64,000 nt of DNA, taken from assembly GCA_034669905.1 (NCBI GenBank), contig JAXMOL010000016.1, positions 78,358 to 142,357 of the forward strand, written 5' to 3'. This document shows positions 40,401 to 49,715 of the stretch, in pieces. The notes beneath the pieces are model-generated. The model was not told where the DNA came from. It did no database searches and saw only the letters and a program-made list of their open reading frames with translations. This DNA is from Candidatus Hydrogenedentota bacterium. Its GTDB lineage: Bacteria; Hydrogenedentota; Hydrogenedentia; Hydrogenedentales; JAEUWI01. Positions within the stretch are counted from its first letter, which is position 1; each line of letters opens with the position of its first letter. The position numbers and the translations under genes are program-made.

Positions 40401-41482
40401 TAAATTCGCAGGAGCTCGTCCGTCCAGCTCACCTGCCCCGTCACCAGGTCCAATTCCCACCCCCCGACCTTCGCCATGTGCCCGGTCGTCTTCAGAAACG
40501 CCTCGTTCCGGCGCAGATCGTCCAGCACCTTCTCACGCTCTTTCCTCAACGAGACAAAGACGAAACCTGCGGTGGTGGCATACACGGAAAACACCGTAAT
40601 GGAAAACACGGTGTGATAGAGGTCGCCCGTGGCAAATGGGCCATATCCATTGACCGTGAACACCAGCGCCATTCCGGTCACGATGAGGGTCGACAAGGCG
40701 GAAACGAAGGCCCCTCCGCGCAGGGACATCCATATCAGCAGCGGAAAGGGAAGATAGACGACCGTCGGAGCCACGCCAAAGCCCAGCGGGTTTGTAAATG
40801 CGAACCAGGTGAGGACAATCAACGACGCCGCGATTACCAGAAATTCCACCGCAGAACAATCGCGGCGCCAGGTATGCCAGCGTTCGTGCGTGGCTGTGAG
40901 AATCACGGGGGCCACAATCAACACCCCCAACGCGTCACCGATCCAGTAGGTTACCCAGACGGGAAGCAGCATATCGGCATCGAGGTAGCCGCTGACATAC
41001 AGCGCCACAGCGCCGTTGGTCGAACTGATCAACATGGCGGCAAAGCCTGCGACCAGGATGAAATAAAACACGCTCGTCCGTCGACCAAAGTCGCTGTCAA
41101 ATAGCGACGTGGTTCGCAGACCGTGCGCGCCCAAGACCGGCGCGGCACACCCCCCCGCGGCCAGCCACAGGGCCGTTACGGGATCCAGCCCAAAGGTGAG
41201 TGGGGCAATGAAGGCCCCCAGAAAGACCGCCGACCAATAGCGAAGCCCCCAAATTGTCAGCATCGCCACGCTGATTCCCGTCGGTGCCCATACGAGGGAG
41301 ATGAAGTGCTCCGTTATCGACAGGTACTTACCGACCTGCGCAAGCACCATGTAACTGACGGCAACCAGCAGGAATCGGCTAACGGGACGCTGCAGGGCTT
41401 GAAGTTGCCGCAACGACGGCAAAACCCTCCCATGAGTTAAGATGACTCTTCTGCTATTCCCGATTTTCCAATCCTGACCCAT
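37421..41482 (-). CDS. hybrid sensor histidine kinase (MASE1, multiple PAS, HisKA, HATPase, receiver)
   Basis: W.PTGI..A and YWIGDALGVL MASE1 motifs, about 5 PAS/PAC units, LAGGIAHDFNNIL H-box, FDPFFTTK..GKGTGLGL, C-terminal VDDE..D..MP receiver. Confidence 0.95.
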   Translation of the reverse strand: MGQDWKIGNSRRVILTHGRVLPSLRQLQALQRPVSRFLLVAVSYMVLAQVGKYLSITEHFISLVWAPTGISVAMLTIWGLRYWSAVFLGAFIAPLTFGLDPVTALWLAAGGCAAPVLGAHGLRTTSLFDSDFGRRTSVFYFILVAGFAAMLISSTNGAVALYVSGYLDADMLLPVWVTYWIGDALGVLIVAPVILTATHERWHTWRRDCSAVEFLVIAASLIVLTWFAFTNPLGFGVAPTVVYLPFPLLIWMSLRGGAFVSALSTLIVTGMALVFTVNGYGPFATGDLYHTVFSITVFSVYATTAGFVFVSLRKEREKVLDDLRRNEAFLKTTGHMAKVGGWELDLVTGQVSWTDELLRIYDLNPATATVSPDLLDFYDHPGRDRLEGAIARAKSHGEPFDLTLGMTTANGVHRWVRLMCRPQCVREQLVKLSGTVQDVTVQTEAERALRERESTYRILAENVSDIIWTADLDMKMTYISPSVQRVRGYTVAEAMALETAELGPEGTEEKVYEFTHSLLDSASSSFDDTDALEVLELALYRKDGTVFPAEVAVTVLRDENGVLSGLLGVTRDITARKQAEISLRESEQRLNRTGRIAQVGGWEYDVPSDTMYWTEETGRIFDRPPDYTPDLERSLQYCHPDDRAILRAQILGALEHGASVDLEHRAMTHKGTDRWVRSICEPVVVDGKTVRLLGTIQDITDRKRTEAHLRLLESVITHTNDAVIISDARPVSDTGPLPRFVNEGFTRMTGYRLEDIDTGGLGVLRGPNTDRSETERLTRHLEQEQPYASELIIYGIDGREIYGDVQLVPVMGEENTVTHVITVIRDITERKRAEAERLALGARSTAIVESAVDAIITFDESGLIDSANAAAELLFARQRDALVGMKISQLLCTPQPDESLDTLSCVKRLARRSQDREARGLRSDGHSFPISFSVGEFEVNAERFFTVIIHDMTRQAALEHQLLQSQKMESLGTLAGGIAHDFNNILQAIMGFSGMARQHIADRKVEMLDDCIGEIDKGAFRAASLVEQILTFSRDSVVSYRTMDLRPIVQEVLAFLRGSLPVTIQIEARLCETQCTISGDPTQLHQVISNLATNAFHAMEERGGTLRVSLERVDLQEHMETRAGALKAGDYAHIMVSDTGVGIPKDIQDHIFDPFFTTKHKGKGTGLGLATVHGIIARMGGGIQVESVVGSGCTIHIYLPLLDARFLPAERSVPARARVSQGSGSILIVDDEEPIVSLMTMVLKKKGFESMGFTNAEKALEHVRSDPLAFDLAIVDYTMPEMTGVALATALHAANPDMPILISTGMTEGQDFALPDSIGVVQVLRKPLPPSELLTVLHAVLGKRPEMRRSASG

Positions 41483-41756
41483 GATGCTACTCCAAGCCGC
41501 CCGCTATCCGACATCAATGGCACCAATGTAAAACATACATCACTCCACGAATTTTGATCTTAGCCCAAAGTTCCCAAAATAGCAACGAATATTCGGCACA
41601 CACTACACCTATATCTATTAAGTCAATAAAACATCGGTGAGCATGTACCATTGCGTAACACTATGGGACAAAAAAGGGGTTTGCGGTATCCACCACGGCG
41701 GGAAAAGCACTCGAAAAGACGAGACCGGCCAGGAAATGACCCGATCGGGCACCGCT

Positions 41757-42797
41757 CTACACGTTCCAGTCGGAGAAACGACGGCGGACCAGCAGGTAGA
41801 GAAAGACCGGCCCCCCCACCATGGTCGTAATGATTCCTATGGGCGTCTCGCCGGGAAGAATACGACGGGCGACGATGTCGCAGGCACATAGGAAGGCCCC
41901 GCCGGCCACGATACTCAAGGGCATGAGCAGCCGGTGGCTGGGTCCCGTGAGGAGGCGTACACCGTGGGGGATAATGAGCCCCACGAAACCCACGGGCCCC
42001 ACCTCCGACACGATGACTGCGGTAATCAGGGAACCGACAAAGAAGGTCGTCGTTTGGAGTCGGCCGATGTTCACGCCGCGGCCAGCGGCCAGGGTCGTCC
42101 CGAAGGCAAATTGGTCGTAGCGGGCAGCCTGGAGTAACAGGACGACCGAGCAGGGAATGACCCCCGCAGCCAGTAGGAGCACCGGTTGATAGCCCAAGAC
42201 ATCCACCCCGCCCATGAGCCACCGGTCCATGTTCACCAGCCGGTCGGGGCGTGCCAGGTAGCGGCTGAACATGATTCCGGCGTTGGCGAGCATGCCTAGG
42301 GTGACACCGGCCAACAGCAAGACTGCCGGGGCTGTGTGAATGCGTCGCGCCGCTAGTAAGTAAACGAGGAACACATCGACGCCCGCAAAAAGAAACGCCA
42401 TCACCTGTTTGCTGGTGAGCAAGGCGAGGAGGGGAATCGATGCCGTCACGTCCGCAAGCAAGAAAGCCACCCAGGCCCCCAGCGCGCCGGCACTGGCCAC
42501 GCCGAGGGTGTAGGGCGTGGCGAGGGGGTTGCGAAGCAGGGCCTGAAAAGCACACCCCGCCACGGCCAGCCCCCCCCCGGCGAGAAAGGCCGCCAGGGTA
42601 CGGGGTATCCGCTGCATCAATAGGATGGACAGGGTCGGCGCATCGGCAAGGGGGGTCAGGTGGCGGAGTTCCCGCCACGCCTGTCCCAGGTCCAGGGTTT
42701 CCGTACCAATAAAAATGCTGCAGGTAAAGATGACCGCGCACGACACCAGCCCGAGCAGAAGCAGGAATCGCGTATTGCCCATGACCATCTCAGACAC
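41757..42797 (-). CDS. FecCD/BtuC-type ABC permease
   Basis: RIPR, QALLRNPLATPYTLGVASGA, GFVGLIIPH, ETPIG motifs. Confidence 0.94.
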   Translation of the reverse strand: MSEMVMGNTRFLLLLGLVSCAVIFTCSIFIGTETLDLGQAWRELRHLTPLADAPTLSILLMQRIPRTLAAFLAGGGLAVAGCAFQALLRNPLATPYTLGVASAGALGAWVAFLLADVTASIPLLALLTSKQVMAFLFAGVDVFLVYLLAARRIHTAPAVLLLAGVTLGMLANAGIMFSRYLARPDRLVNMDRWLMGGVDVLGYQPVLLLAAGVIPCSVVLLLQAARYDQFAFGTTLAAGRGVNIGRLQTTTFFVGSLITAVIVSEVGPVGFVGLIIPHGVRLLTGPSHRLLMPLSIVAGGAFLCACDIVARRILPGETPIGIITTMVGGPVFLYLLVRRRFSDWNV

Positions 42798-43581
42798 CCC
42801 CCACCGGTGCCGTCACGAAAGGTCCGCCGCTTTGGGGATGGACGCCGACCAGAAGGGGGCTTCCATAGGCACGGGTCAAGACGTCGGCCTGCAAGACGTC
42901 GGACGGCGTCCCCTGTTTCACCAGGCAGTGATTTTTCCCCAACAAAACCAACCGGTCACAAAACTGGGCCGCCATGTTGATATCGTGGGTGACCACCACG
43001 ATGCCGAGTTCCTGGGCGGCCAGGGTCCGAAGCTGCTGGAAAAAAGCGGCTTCGTGGGGGAGATCAAGGGAAGACGTCGGTTCATCCAGTAACAACAAAC
43101 GGGGTTCCTGGGCCAACACGCTGGCCAGCAATACCCGCTGCCGCTCGCCCCCGCTCAGGGAGAGGAAGTCCCGATCCGCCAGTTCCGTCGTTTCGGTTTG
43201 GGTCAGACAGGCCTGAACGATTTCGTGATCGGGCGCTCCGAGACTGCCAAAGGGACCAAGGTGGGGAAAACGCCCGAGGGCGACCACTTCCCGGACACTC
43301 AAACTAAAGGCCGGGCTCACTGATTGGGGCATGTAGGCCACGAGCCGGGCACGTTCCCGATCGGTGTATTGGTCCAAAGGACGATCGTTGAGGCGTACGG
43401 TCCCCGATTCGGGAATCAGCAGGCCACAGAGTAGCTGGAGCAGGGTGCTCTTCCCCGCGCCGTTCGGTCCGATGATCCCCGTCACTTCACCCGTCTTGAC
43501 CTGGGTCGAAACCGCGTTTAAGACGGGTTGGCCGGCGCTGTAGGCAAAGGCCAGCATTTCGGCCGCTATCGTATACATCAT
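42790..43581 (-). CDS. FecE/BtuD-type ABC ATP-binding protein
   Basis: GPNGAGKST, LSGGERQR, LLDEPT. Start at MMYTIAAE, overlapping the upstream stop. Confidence 0.93.
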   Translation of the reverse strand: MMYTIAAEMLAFAYSAGQPVLNAVSTQVKTGEVTGIIGPNGAGKSTLLQLLCGLLIPESGTVRLNDRPLDQYTDRERARLVAYMPQSVSPAFSLSVREVVALGRFPHLGPFGSLGAPDHEIVQACLTQTETTELADRDFLSLSGGERQRVLLASVLAQEPRLLLLDEPTSSLDLPHEAAFFQQLRTLAAQELGIVVVTHDINMAAQFCDRLVLLGKNHCLVKQGTPSDVLQADVLTRAYGSPLLVGVHPQSGGPFVTAPVGGV

Positions 43582-44468
43582 CCACCCAGGTCGGCCGAGA
43601 AGTGAAGCTTCTTGGCAATCTGACGGGCCACGTCGGTTATCCGGGGGCCGGGTCGCAGCATATGGGAGTCGGTGAACAAGTAGATACGGCCACTTTTCCA
43701 GGCTGGCACGCCATCCAGGTAGAGCCAATCGCTGAACAGGGCCTCCGTCTGCTTCTTTGTGTAGGAGCGACCGGCGTGTATTTCGATGATTACATCGGGC
43801 GCCTTGACCAGAATAGTTTCCTTCGACGCCTCGATATAGGGCTTGTCTTCGTCACCATAGATGTTGTCCCCACCGGCTATTTCCACCAGCTCTGAAATGA
43901 ATGATGTCCCCCCAACGGTCTGCAGATTGCGCAGGCTGCCCCGCTCACGGCCCAAGACAATGAGTACCTTGGGACGTTCGAAGGGGGCCACCGCCTCCCG
44001 GATCTCCTCCAGTTCGGCTGTAATCCGGGAACGAAGGGCCGTGGCCTCTTCCACGGCATTCAGCGTGTTGCCCACGGTCGCGATGCCCGCATCGATGGTG
44101 GCCAGACTGTCCATGTGAATATTCATCACCGTAATGCCATGCTGCTCCCCGAAGGCAGAAACTTTTTCATGGCGTCCCGGCACAAAAATAAGTGCGGGGC
44201 GAAGCAAGGCGATCTGCTCCAGATCCGGATCGATATATCCACCCAACTGGGGTAGCCGCTGTACACGGCTGGGAAAATCGTCATAGTCACTGACGCCGAT
44301 GAGCTGAGAGCCCTTCCCCACCGCAAAGATGGTCTCCGTCACGTTGGGTGCCAGGGAGATTACGCCACTTCCTGCGCCACCTCCGCCACACCCGGTGACG
44401 ATGAAGAGAAGCAGCACCGTACACAGCATCCGCAGAGACAAATAAAAAATGACGAAAGGATTGGACAT
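43578..44468 (-). CDS. BtuF-like helical-backbone substrate-binding lipoprotein
   Basis: VTGC lipobox, ISLAPNVTETIFA, PDLEQI, RPGPRI. Confidence 0.9.
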   Translation of the reverse strand: MSNPFVIFYLSLRMLCTVLLLFIVTGCGGGGAGSGVISLAPNVTETIFAVGKGSQLIGVSDYDDFPSRVQRLPQLGGYIDPDLEQIALLRPALIFVPGRHEKVSAFGEQHGITVMNIHMDSLATIDAGIATVGNTLNAVEEATALRSRITAELEEIREAVAPFERPKVLIVLGRERGSLRNLQTVGGTSFISELVEIAGGDNIYGDEDKPYIEASKETILVKAPDVIIEIHAGRSYTKKQTEALFSDWLYLDGVPAWKSGRIYLFTDSHMLRPGPRITDVARQIAKKLHFSADLGG

Positions 44469-44586
44469 GGACCACAGATTCCAAGTTGATTCCGGTGGCG
44501 AGCCAGATAGTGATAAATTGGCGCTTTAGTTGGATTCTGTGCGGAAGGAACGGTGAAACGCAAGTTTTCGTGGGCGCGACACCAGC

Positions 44587-44769
44587 TTACAGCGCGAGCA
44601 AGATACCCAACGCATCCGCGACGAGGTCATAGACATCGGCCATGCCACCCCCGAAAAAATCGTAGACCTCTTTCCCGACACCGGCCAGGACGGCGAGGGC
44701 GGGGTCTACCAGGGCAATCAAATAACTGATAACGAAATGGAGAATTTTATCCGTACCCACGACATTCAT
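44587..44769 (-). CDS. small hydrophobic hypothetical protein (60 aa)
   Basis: DKILHF..S, GKEVYD and DLVAD.LG motifs, reminiscent of small YfiM/VanZ-like membrane proteins. GGGAG RBS. Confidence 0.7.
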   Translation of the reverse strand: MNVVGTDKILHFVISYLIALVDPALAVLAGVGKEVYDFFGGGMADVYDLVADALGILLAL

Positions 44770-44785
44770 AGCGTGTTGCTCCCGC

Positions 44786-45847
44786 TCAGGCGCGATAGAG
44801 GCTGCGGCCAATACCGATGGCCTCGCGACATCCTTCGACCGTCTCCAGGGCGACGGGCGTCACTTTCTTGGCGTTCTCGCGCAAGAAATCTTTGATAAAG
44901 TCATCGTTATTCGCCGGGTCATGGAATTTTTCAATAATGGGCGCATTGAAGGCACTCACGTGTTCTGCCACGGCCTTCTTCAGGTTTCCATAGAACTTGC
45001 CCCCCTGACGATACTGGTCAACGAAATCCAGGAACACCGCTTCGGGGGCCGTCAGGTGCAAGAGGCGATAAAGCACGTTGAGGCCACCGGGCAACCGGGA
45101 GATAACCTCTTCCGGATCATTGCTGTCCGTACCCAGGGGCATGGGCTCGGTGGAGGTGACCACGGACTTGATTTTCTTAAGGACGGTCTTCGGATCATCC
45201 AGGAGATCCAGGGTGTTGTTGTCGCTCTTGCCCATTTTCGCCGAGCCGTCCAGTCCCGGAAGTCGGAGAGCCTGTCGGTCGACGGCCTTGGGGCGTTGCA
45301 GGGCCTCACAGTCAAATCGGTGGTTGAACTTTTCCGCGATATCGCAGGCCATTTCCACGTGCTGGCGCTGATCATCGCCTACGGGGACCACATCGGCCTT
45401 CACAATAAGGATGTCCGCAGCCATCAGCACCGGGTACCCCAAGAGGCCATAGGAAAGGGGGTTCCCGTCAATCTTGGGATCATCCTGCAACTTGCTGAAT
45501 TTGTCTTTGTACGTCGTGCCCCGCTCGAGGTGACCGATATTGGTGATCATACCCAGCAGCAGCGAGAGCTCTGCCGTACAGGGCAGGTCGCTCTGACGGT
45601 AGACGATAGAGCGTTCCGGATCGAGTCCGCAGGCCACGTAGGTACGCAGCATATCCAGGGTCTGGGTGTAGACCTCTTTTCGCTCCGTAATGGTAGTCAG
45701 CGCATGGTAATCGGCGATGAAATAGAAGCAGGTGGCATCACTCTGTTGAAGACGTAGAAAGTGATGGACGGCCCCGAAATAGTTGCCATAGTGAAGACGA
45801 CCTGTGGGGCGAATACCAGAAAGAATAACTTCATTTCGTGCGGACAT
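44786..45847 (-). CDS. trpS: tryptophan--tRNA ligase
   Basis: SGIRPTGRLHYGNY (HIGH), ADYHALT, YPVLMAADIL, VPVGDDQ, KMGKS. Confidence 0.96.
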   Translation of the reverse strand: MSARNEVILSGIRPTGRLHYGNYFGAVHHFLRLQQSDATCFYFIADYHALTTITERKEVYTQTLDMLRTYVACGLDPERSIVYRQSDLPCTAELSLLLGMITNIGHLERGTTYKDKFSKLQDDPKIDGNPLSYGLLGYPVLMAADILIVKADVVPVGDDQRQHVEMACDIAEKFNHRFDCEALQRPKAVDRQALRLPGLDGSAKMGKSDNNTLDLLDDPKTVLKKIKSVVTSTEPMPLGTDSNDPEEVISRLPGGLNVLYRLLHLTAPEAVFLDFVDQYRQGGKFYGNLKKAVAEHVSAFNAPIIEKFHDPANNDDFIKDFLRENAKKVTPVALETVEGCREAIGIGRSLYRA

Positions 45848-45982
45848 GCGAGCGGATACCTTACTGACAGCGATGATTGATACTACGAAACCGTGGGGCA
45901 CAAGGATACCTGAACCCGGCGGAAAGATTCCATCTGCTGTGGCACGTCTCCGGAAAGCTGCGGAACGGACGCCGTTGGCACC

Positions 45983-47704
45983 CTAGCTATTGCCCAGGCG
46001 GGCCATGAGGGTCTGCGCCATGTCGGGCCACTGGGAACCTGTTCCCTTGAACGTCAGCTCTTCTAGCTCCCAATCCACGATGGTGGGCGCGCTGATGAGC
46101 TCATCCTCAAACACAATGGCAAGCTGTTTCCCCAGATGGGTAAAACAGGCATCCGCCAGGGCATCGCGCCCTGCTTCGGTCAGGCTCAGGTGGAGATAAA
46201 GCCGATCGGCCTCCCGCTCCAGCCGGGCCCCTGTAACCGCACTGCTGTCCAGGATGATATCGTTTTGTACGGCGACCACCACACCCCGGTTGGCACCGGG
46301 GGCCCTGAAATGGGTCACCGGGATTAATTCCCGGTCCTGCGGTTCGGCCATAAGGCGAACCTGAAAAAAGTCCAGCTCCCCATCCGTTGGCACGTCCATC
46401 GGCGCGTCGGCTGGCACCGCGGCTTCCGACGGCGTTTTCGAAGGACCCCGGGCCTCCTCCCAACGTTGCAGAATAGCACTGTTTCGCTCATGGGGCAGGG
46501 TCGCCAACAAGCAGCGTCCCTCCGCCAAATCAGCAACAGGTACTACCCCGAGGACCCGCCCTTCCAGGAGCAGCGCGGCTTCCCGGGTGCGGTGACGTCG
46601 AAGATAGGCTGCGAACGCGTCGGCCGGCGGGCCGTTGCCGTCATCCTTCAGGGCCAGGGAAGCCTCCGAATCAGAGACAATCGCGGCCCCTTCCACCCGC
46701 CAACTTGCGGGCAGCGGAACGACGGTGTCGGACCATTCGCCCCCCGCCAACGGAACCCAGGTCTCTTGATCATTTTCTGCGGCAACGCCCGGGGCATAGT
46801 AGGGTGAGCCAACGGGCTCACCGACACCGGGAACCAACCACAGATACACCGATTCCGAATAGCGCGGGACCGCAGTGGTAGCCGACCAGCTCACATCCTC
46901 ACCAAGCCCCAATGCAGTCGCGGTCTGCAGCCGGGCCGCGCGACGGGCGGCGAAGGCTCCCTGAAGTCCATTCCATTCGAGTTCCGGCTGTGTGCCCAAT
47001 GCCGCAGGCCAGGGAACCCGACTCAGGCCGGGTATCCAGGTACAGGGAGGCGAAATCCGGGCGCCCTCTGGGCCCTCAATCCGAATCCGATAGCGGCGGT
47101 GCCCCTGGGTACGGGCGCTCGCATCAATCCGAGCTGCCGCAGCGGCATCAAGTTGAATCAATGCCTGTCCGTCCCCTGACGTCACGGCCATTACATCGCC
47201 CGTATCCGCAAAGGGGGCACGCCATAGCCCCTCCTCGCTGGGCACCGACTCATAGGGATGGACCTCCCAGTGAAAGGTCATAAGGGGAAAACGGGGCGAA
47301 ACGATCACCCCCACCCGGCCGAAGGAGGCCGGGGCAAACTGGTACTCGGCAAAGTAGCCGTAGTTTCCGGCCAGGTCAAGAAGGGTTTGAAGCTGAGCGG
47401 TCACCCCCCCCGAATCATCACCTTCGAGAAAGCTTATGGCGTGGGCCGCACCGGAAGTCCCGGTCGGGAGCGATTCCCAGCGAAGTTCCGGAAGCAAGCG
47501 AAGGCTGTCTTCCGTAAAATAACTCAAGGGCAATGTCTTCACTGTTATACGCTTTCTTTCGGATGTTCGGGAAGGGGAGCCATCTCCGGTGGGGCGCCCT
47601 TCCGCAATCCCGGCCCCGAGCAGTGCCAGCAATACCACCCCCGTGATGCCAGGCCGCTTCCACCACCCCGGCGCATCGACGCAATCACGCGCCGACCATA
47701 TCAT
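45983..47704 (-). CDS. exported hypothetical protein with a C-terminal SecDF P1-head-like domain
   Basis: N-terminal hydrophobic stretch. C-terminal L.LTEAG...LA.....HLGKQLAIVFEDELISAPTI resembles the SecD head segment (compare VGKPMAIVLDGVVQSAPNI in SecDF here). Start uncertain. Confidence 0.65.
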   Translation of the reverse strand: MIWSARDCVDAPGWWKRPGITGVVLLALLGAGIAEGRPTGDGSPSRTSERKRITVKTLPLSYFTEDSLRLLPELRWESLPTGTSGAAHAISFLEGDDSGGVTAQLQTLLDLAGNYGYFAEYQFAPASFGRVGVIVSPRFPLMTFHWEVHPYESVPSEEGLWRAPFADTGDVMAVTSGDGQALIQLDAAAAARIDASARTQGHRRYRIRIEGPEGARISPPCTWIPGLSRVPWPAALGTQPELEWNGLQGAFAARRAARLQTATALGLGEDVSWSATTAVPRYSESVYLWLVPGVGEPVGSPYYAPGVAAENDQETWVPLAGGEWSDTVVPLPASWRVEGAAIVSDSEASLALKDDGNGPPADAFAAYLRRHRTREAALLLEGRVLGVVPVADLAEGRCLLATLPHERNSAILQRWEEARGPSKTPSEAAVPADAPMDVPTDGELDFFQVRLMAEPQDRELIPVTHFRAPGANRGVVVAVQNDIILDSSAVTGARLEREADRLYLHLSLTEAGRDALADACFTHLGKQLAIVFEDELISAPTIVDWELEELTFKGTGSQWPDMAQTLMARLGNS

Positions 47705-47807
47705 CGCAACTGAAGGGAAATTTCGCAAGGGCCGGGCAACTCCTTTTGTTGTAACAACCCTACGATGCCGTCGGCAGAATGTCAAGCCACATCGGTCCAG
47801 GATACGG

Positions 47808-47837
47808 AAAACGCGCCAGGCCCGGGGGCCTGGCGCG
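47808..47837 (-). terminator. intrinsic terminator of the pilin gene
   Basis: CGCGCCAGGC/GCCTGGCGCG stem followed by TTTT on the minus strand. Confidence 0.8.
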
Positions 47838-47868
47838 CAGTCACTAAAGGGTCATTCGGTCTTGGTGA

Positions 47869-48300
47869 TTATTCACCAATCGGGTTGCTGGTCGCGTCGG
47901 CATCGGCGCCGTCCGCGTAGCGAATCACACCGCTGGAGTCGGTGAAGAATCCTTTACCACCCGTGGTACCGTAGGCCGCAGCGTTGGCGTTTGCCGTGAA
48001 GGCGTTGGCGTCACCGCCGAGTACGAAGTTGTAACCACTCTTCGTGCCACCCCAGTTACCATCGAGGAAGGAGGGGGTTGCGCCGGTCAGGTCCGCGAAG
48101 TCGGCGGTGTAGGCGTAGTTGGCGGCGTGGTAGGCCACTTCGGCACCCACGATAGTGCGCAGGTTACCAATGGCACTGGACTCATTGGACTGCATCCGCG
48201 AACGGAGCAGGTTGGGAATGGCGATAGCCGCAATGATAGCGATAATGGCCACAACAATCATCAATTCAATCAACGTGAAACCTTTGTTAGCTTTTTTCAT
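47869..48300 (-). CDS. type IV pilin (prepilin N-terminal cleavage/methylation domain)
   Basis: MKKANKG/FTLIELMIVVAIIAIIAAIAIP with Glu5. 143 aa, AGGAGG RBS, own terminator. Confidence 0.95.
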   Translation of the reverse strand: MKKANKGFTLIELMIVVAIIAIIAAIAIPNLLRSRMQSNESSAIGNLRTIVGAEVAYHAANYAYTADFADLTGATPSFLDGNWGGTKSGYNFVLGGDANAFTANANAAAYGTTGGKGFFTDSSGVIRYADGADADATSNPIGE

Positions 48301-48394
48301 GGCGAATCCTCCTGTGGATTGGTTTGGTTTAATCTTTCAAATGAAGGCCGCGCGGCCCGCATCGTACTTCGTTTCAACTGTTGCCAACTATAAG

Positions 48395-48409
48395 GCAAGG
48401 GCCGTGCCA
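48395..48409 (-). promoter_or_regulatory. sigma-54 (-24/-12) promoter of the pilin gene
   Basis: Minus strand reads TGGCACGGCCCTTGC, a perfect TGGCACG-N4-TTGC consensus ~95 nt upstream of the ATG. Confidence 0.85.
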
Positions 48410-48695
48410 AAAACGGGTCCATCCGGACAACTTTGCCTAAGTCCCCCATCGATAAACCCTTAACTTCTGTGACAGTATTTTGGCACCGCCCGCAGGCCCG
48501 AAAGGGGCAGACGACATAGGGCGCAGGATGACAAAAATTGTAACTGCCGGGTGCCCGCAACCGCGTTTTCACGCCTTCTCCCCGTCTCCTCTTGCAATTT
48601 CCACCCCTCGACGCGCAGACTATCGGTGTTCGTATACCCGGTGGAGCGGTAACCTGCGCCCTGCTCCGAAATTGAGTGAATTCGCAGAAAAAGAA

Positions 48696-49694
48696 ATGTG
48701 CCCCGTGATCGTTGCCGATTCAACACCCCCCCCACCTATTTCCGACGAAGACGCCCTGGCCCAGTTGGCCCTTCGGGATCGGCTGGGCTGTCATCACTAT
48801 CGCCAACGGATGAACACAGAGCATTACCATGCGGCGGAAGTCTTTGGCGGAGGCCGCACCCGCTTTCACCCGGAGAACTTCCCCATACTCCGGCTCACCC
48901 TTCAGTTTCTCTTGCGGGCCACCTTCACCTATTGGTGGGGCAACTGGAACGCCCGCCAGCACCGCGTGCGGGAGAACACCATTGCCCTGCGCCGCCTCCC
49001 ACCGGCCTTTGACGGCTATCGCATCCTTCAGATCAGTGACCTCCATCTGGATATAGACCCGAAAATTACGACCGCCCTGATCCAGACCCTCGCGCCGCTG
49101 GACTATGACCTGTGTGTGGTTACGGGGGATTACCGTGCGGAAACCTTCGGCCCCTACGAGGTGGCCATGCGGGAGACTACCCGGATCATTGAGGTGCTCA
49201 AGGGCCCGCGCTATGGCATTCTGGGAAACCACGATTTCCTTTCCATGACCCCCATTCTGGAGCGGGCAGGACTGCCCATGCTGCTTAACGAACACGTGGC
49301 CATCGAGCGGGACGGTCAGTCCATTTACCTTGTCGGTATCGACGACCCCCACTACTACGAAACCGAGAATTTCGAACAGGCGCTGCAGGGCATTCCCGCG
49401 GAAGCGACCACCATCGTACTTTCCCATACGGCGGAGACCTATCGAAAGGCCCTCGCCTGTGGAATCGACTATATGCTGAGCGGCCATACCCACGGCGGCC
49501 AGATATGCCTTCCCGGTGGCTTCGCGCCACTCCGGAACGCCCAACACCCCCGGGCCATGGACAAGGGACCCTGGAGCTATCATGAATTACAGGGCTACAC
49601 CACCACCGGTGTGGGCTGCAGCATGGCACCCGTTCGTTTTTTCTGCCCGCCGGAAGTCGTCATCCACACCCTGCGCCATAACAGTCAGGGCTAG
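48696..49694 (+). CDS. calcineurin-like metallophosphoesterase (YkuE/YaeI type)
   Basis: SDLH, TGDY, GNHD, LSH and GHTHGGQ motifs. Start uncertain. Confidence 0.92.
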   Translation: MCPVIVADSTPPPPISDEDALAQLALRDRLGCHHYRQRMNTEHYHAAEVFGGGRTRFHPENFPILRLTLQFLLRATFTYWWGNWNARQHRVRENTIALRRLPPAFDGYRILQISDLHLDIDPKITTALIQTLAPLDYDLCVVTGDYRAETFGPYEVAMRETTRIIEVLKGPRYGILGNHDFLSMTPILERAGLPMLLNEHVAIERDGQSIYLVGIDDPHYYETENFEQALQGIPAEATTIVLSHTAETYRKALACGIDYMLSGHTHGGQICLPGGFAPLRNAQHPRAMDKGPWSYHELQGYTTTGVGCSMAPVRFFCPPEVVIHTLRHNSQG

Positions 49695-49715
49695 GGCGGT
49701 GACGAATCGCGCGCC

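Noticed and set aside
44469..44586. Cobalamin riboswitch expected upstream of the Btu-like ABC operon
   Set aside because: The gap is only ~118 bp and I could not find a B12-box pattern, so the substrate is left unassigned.
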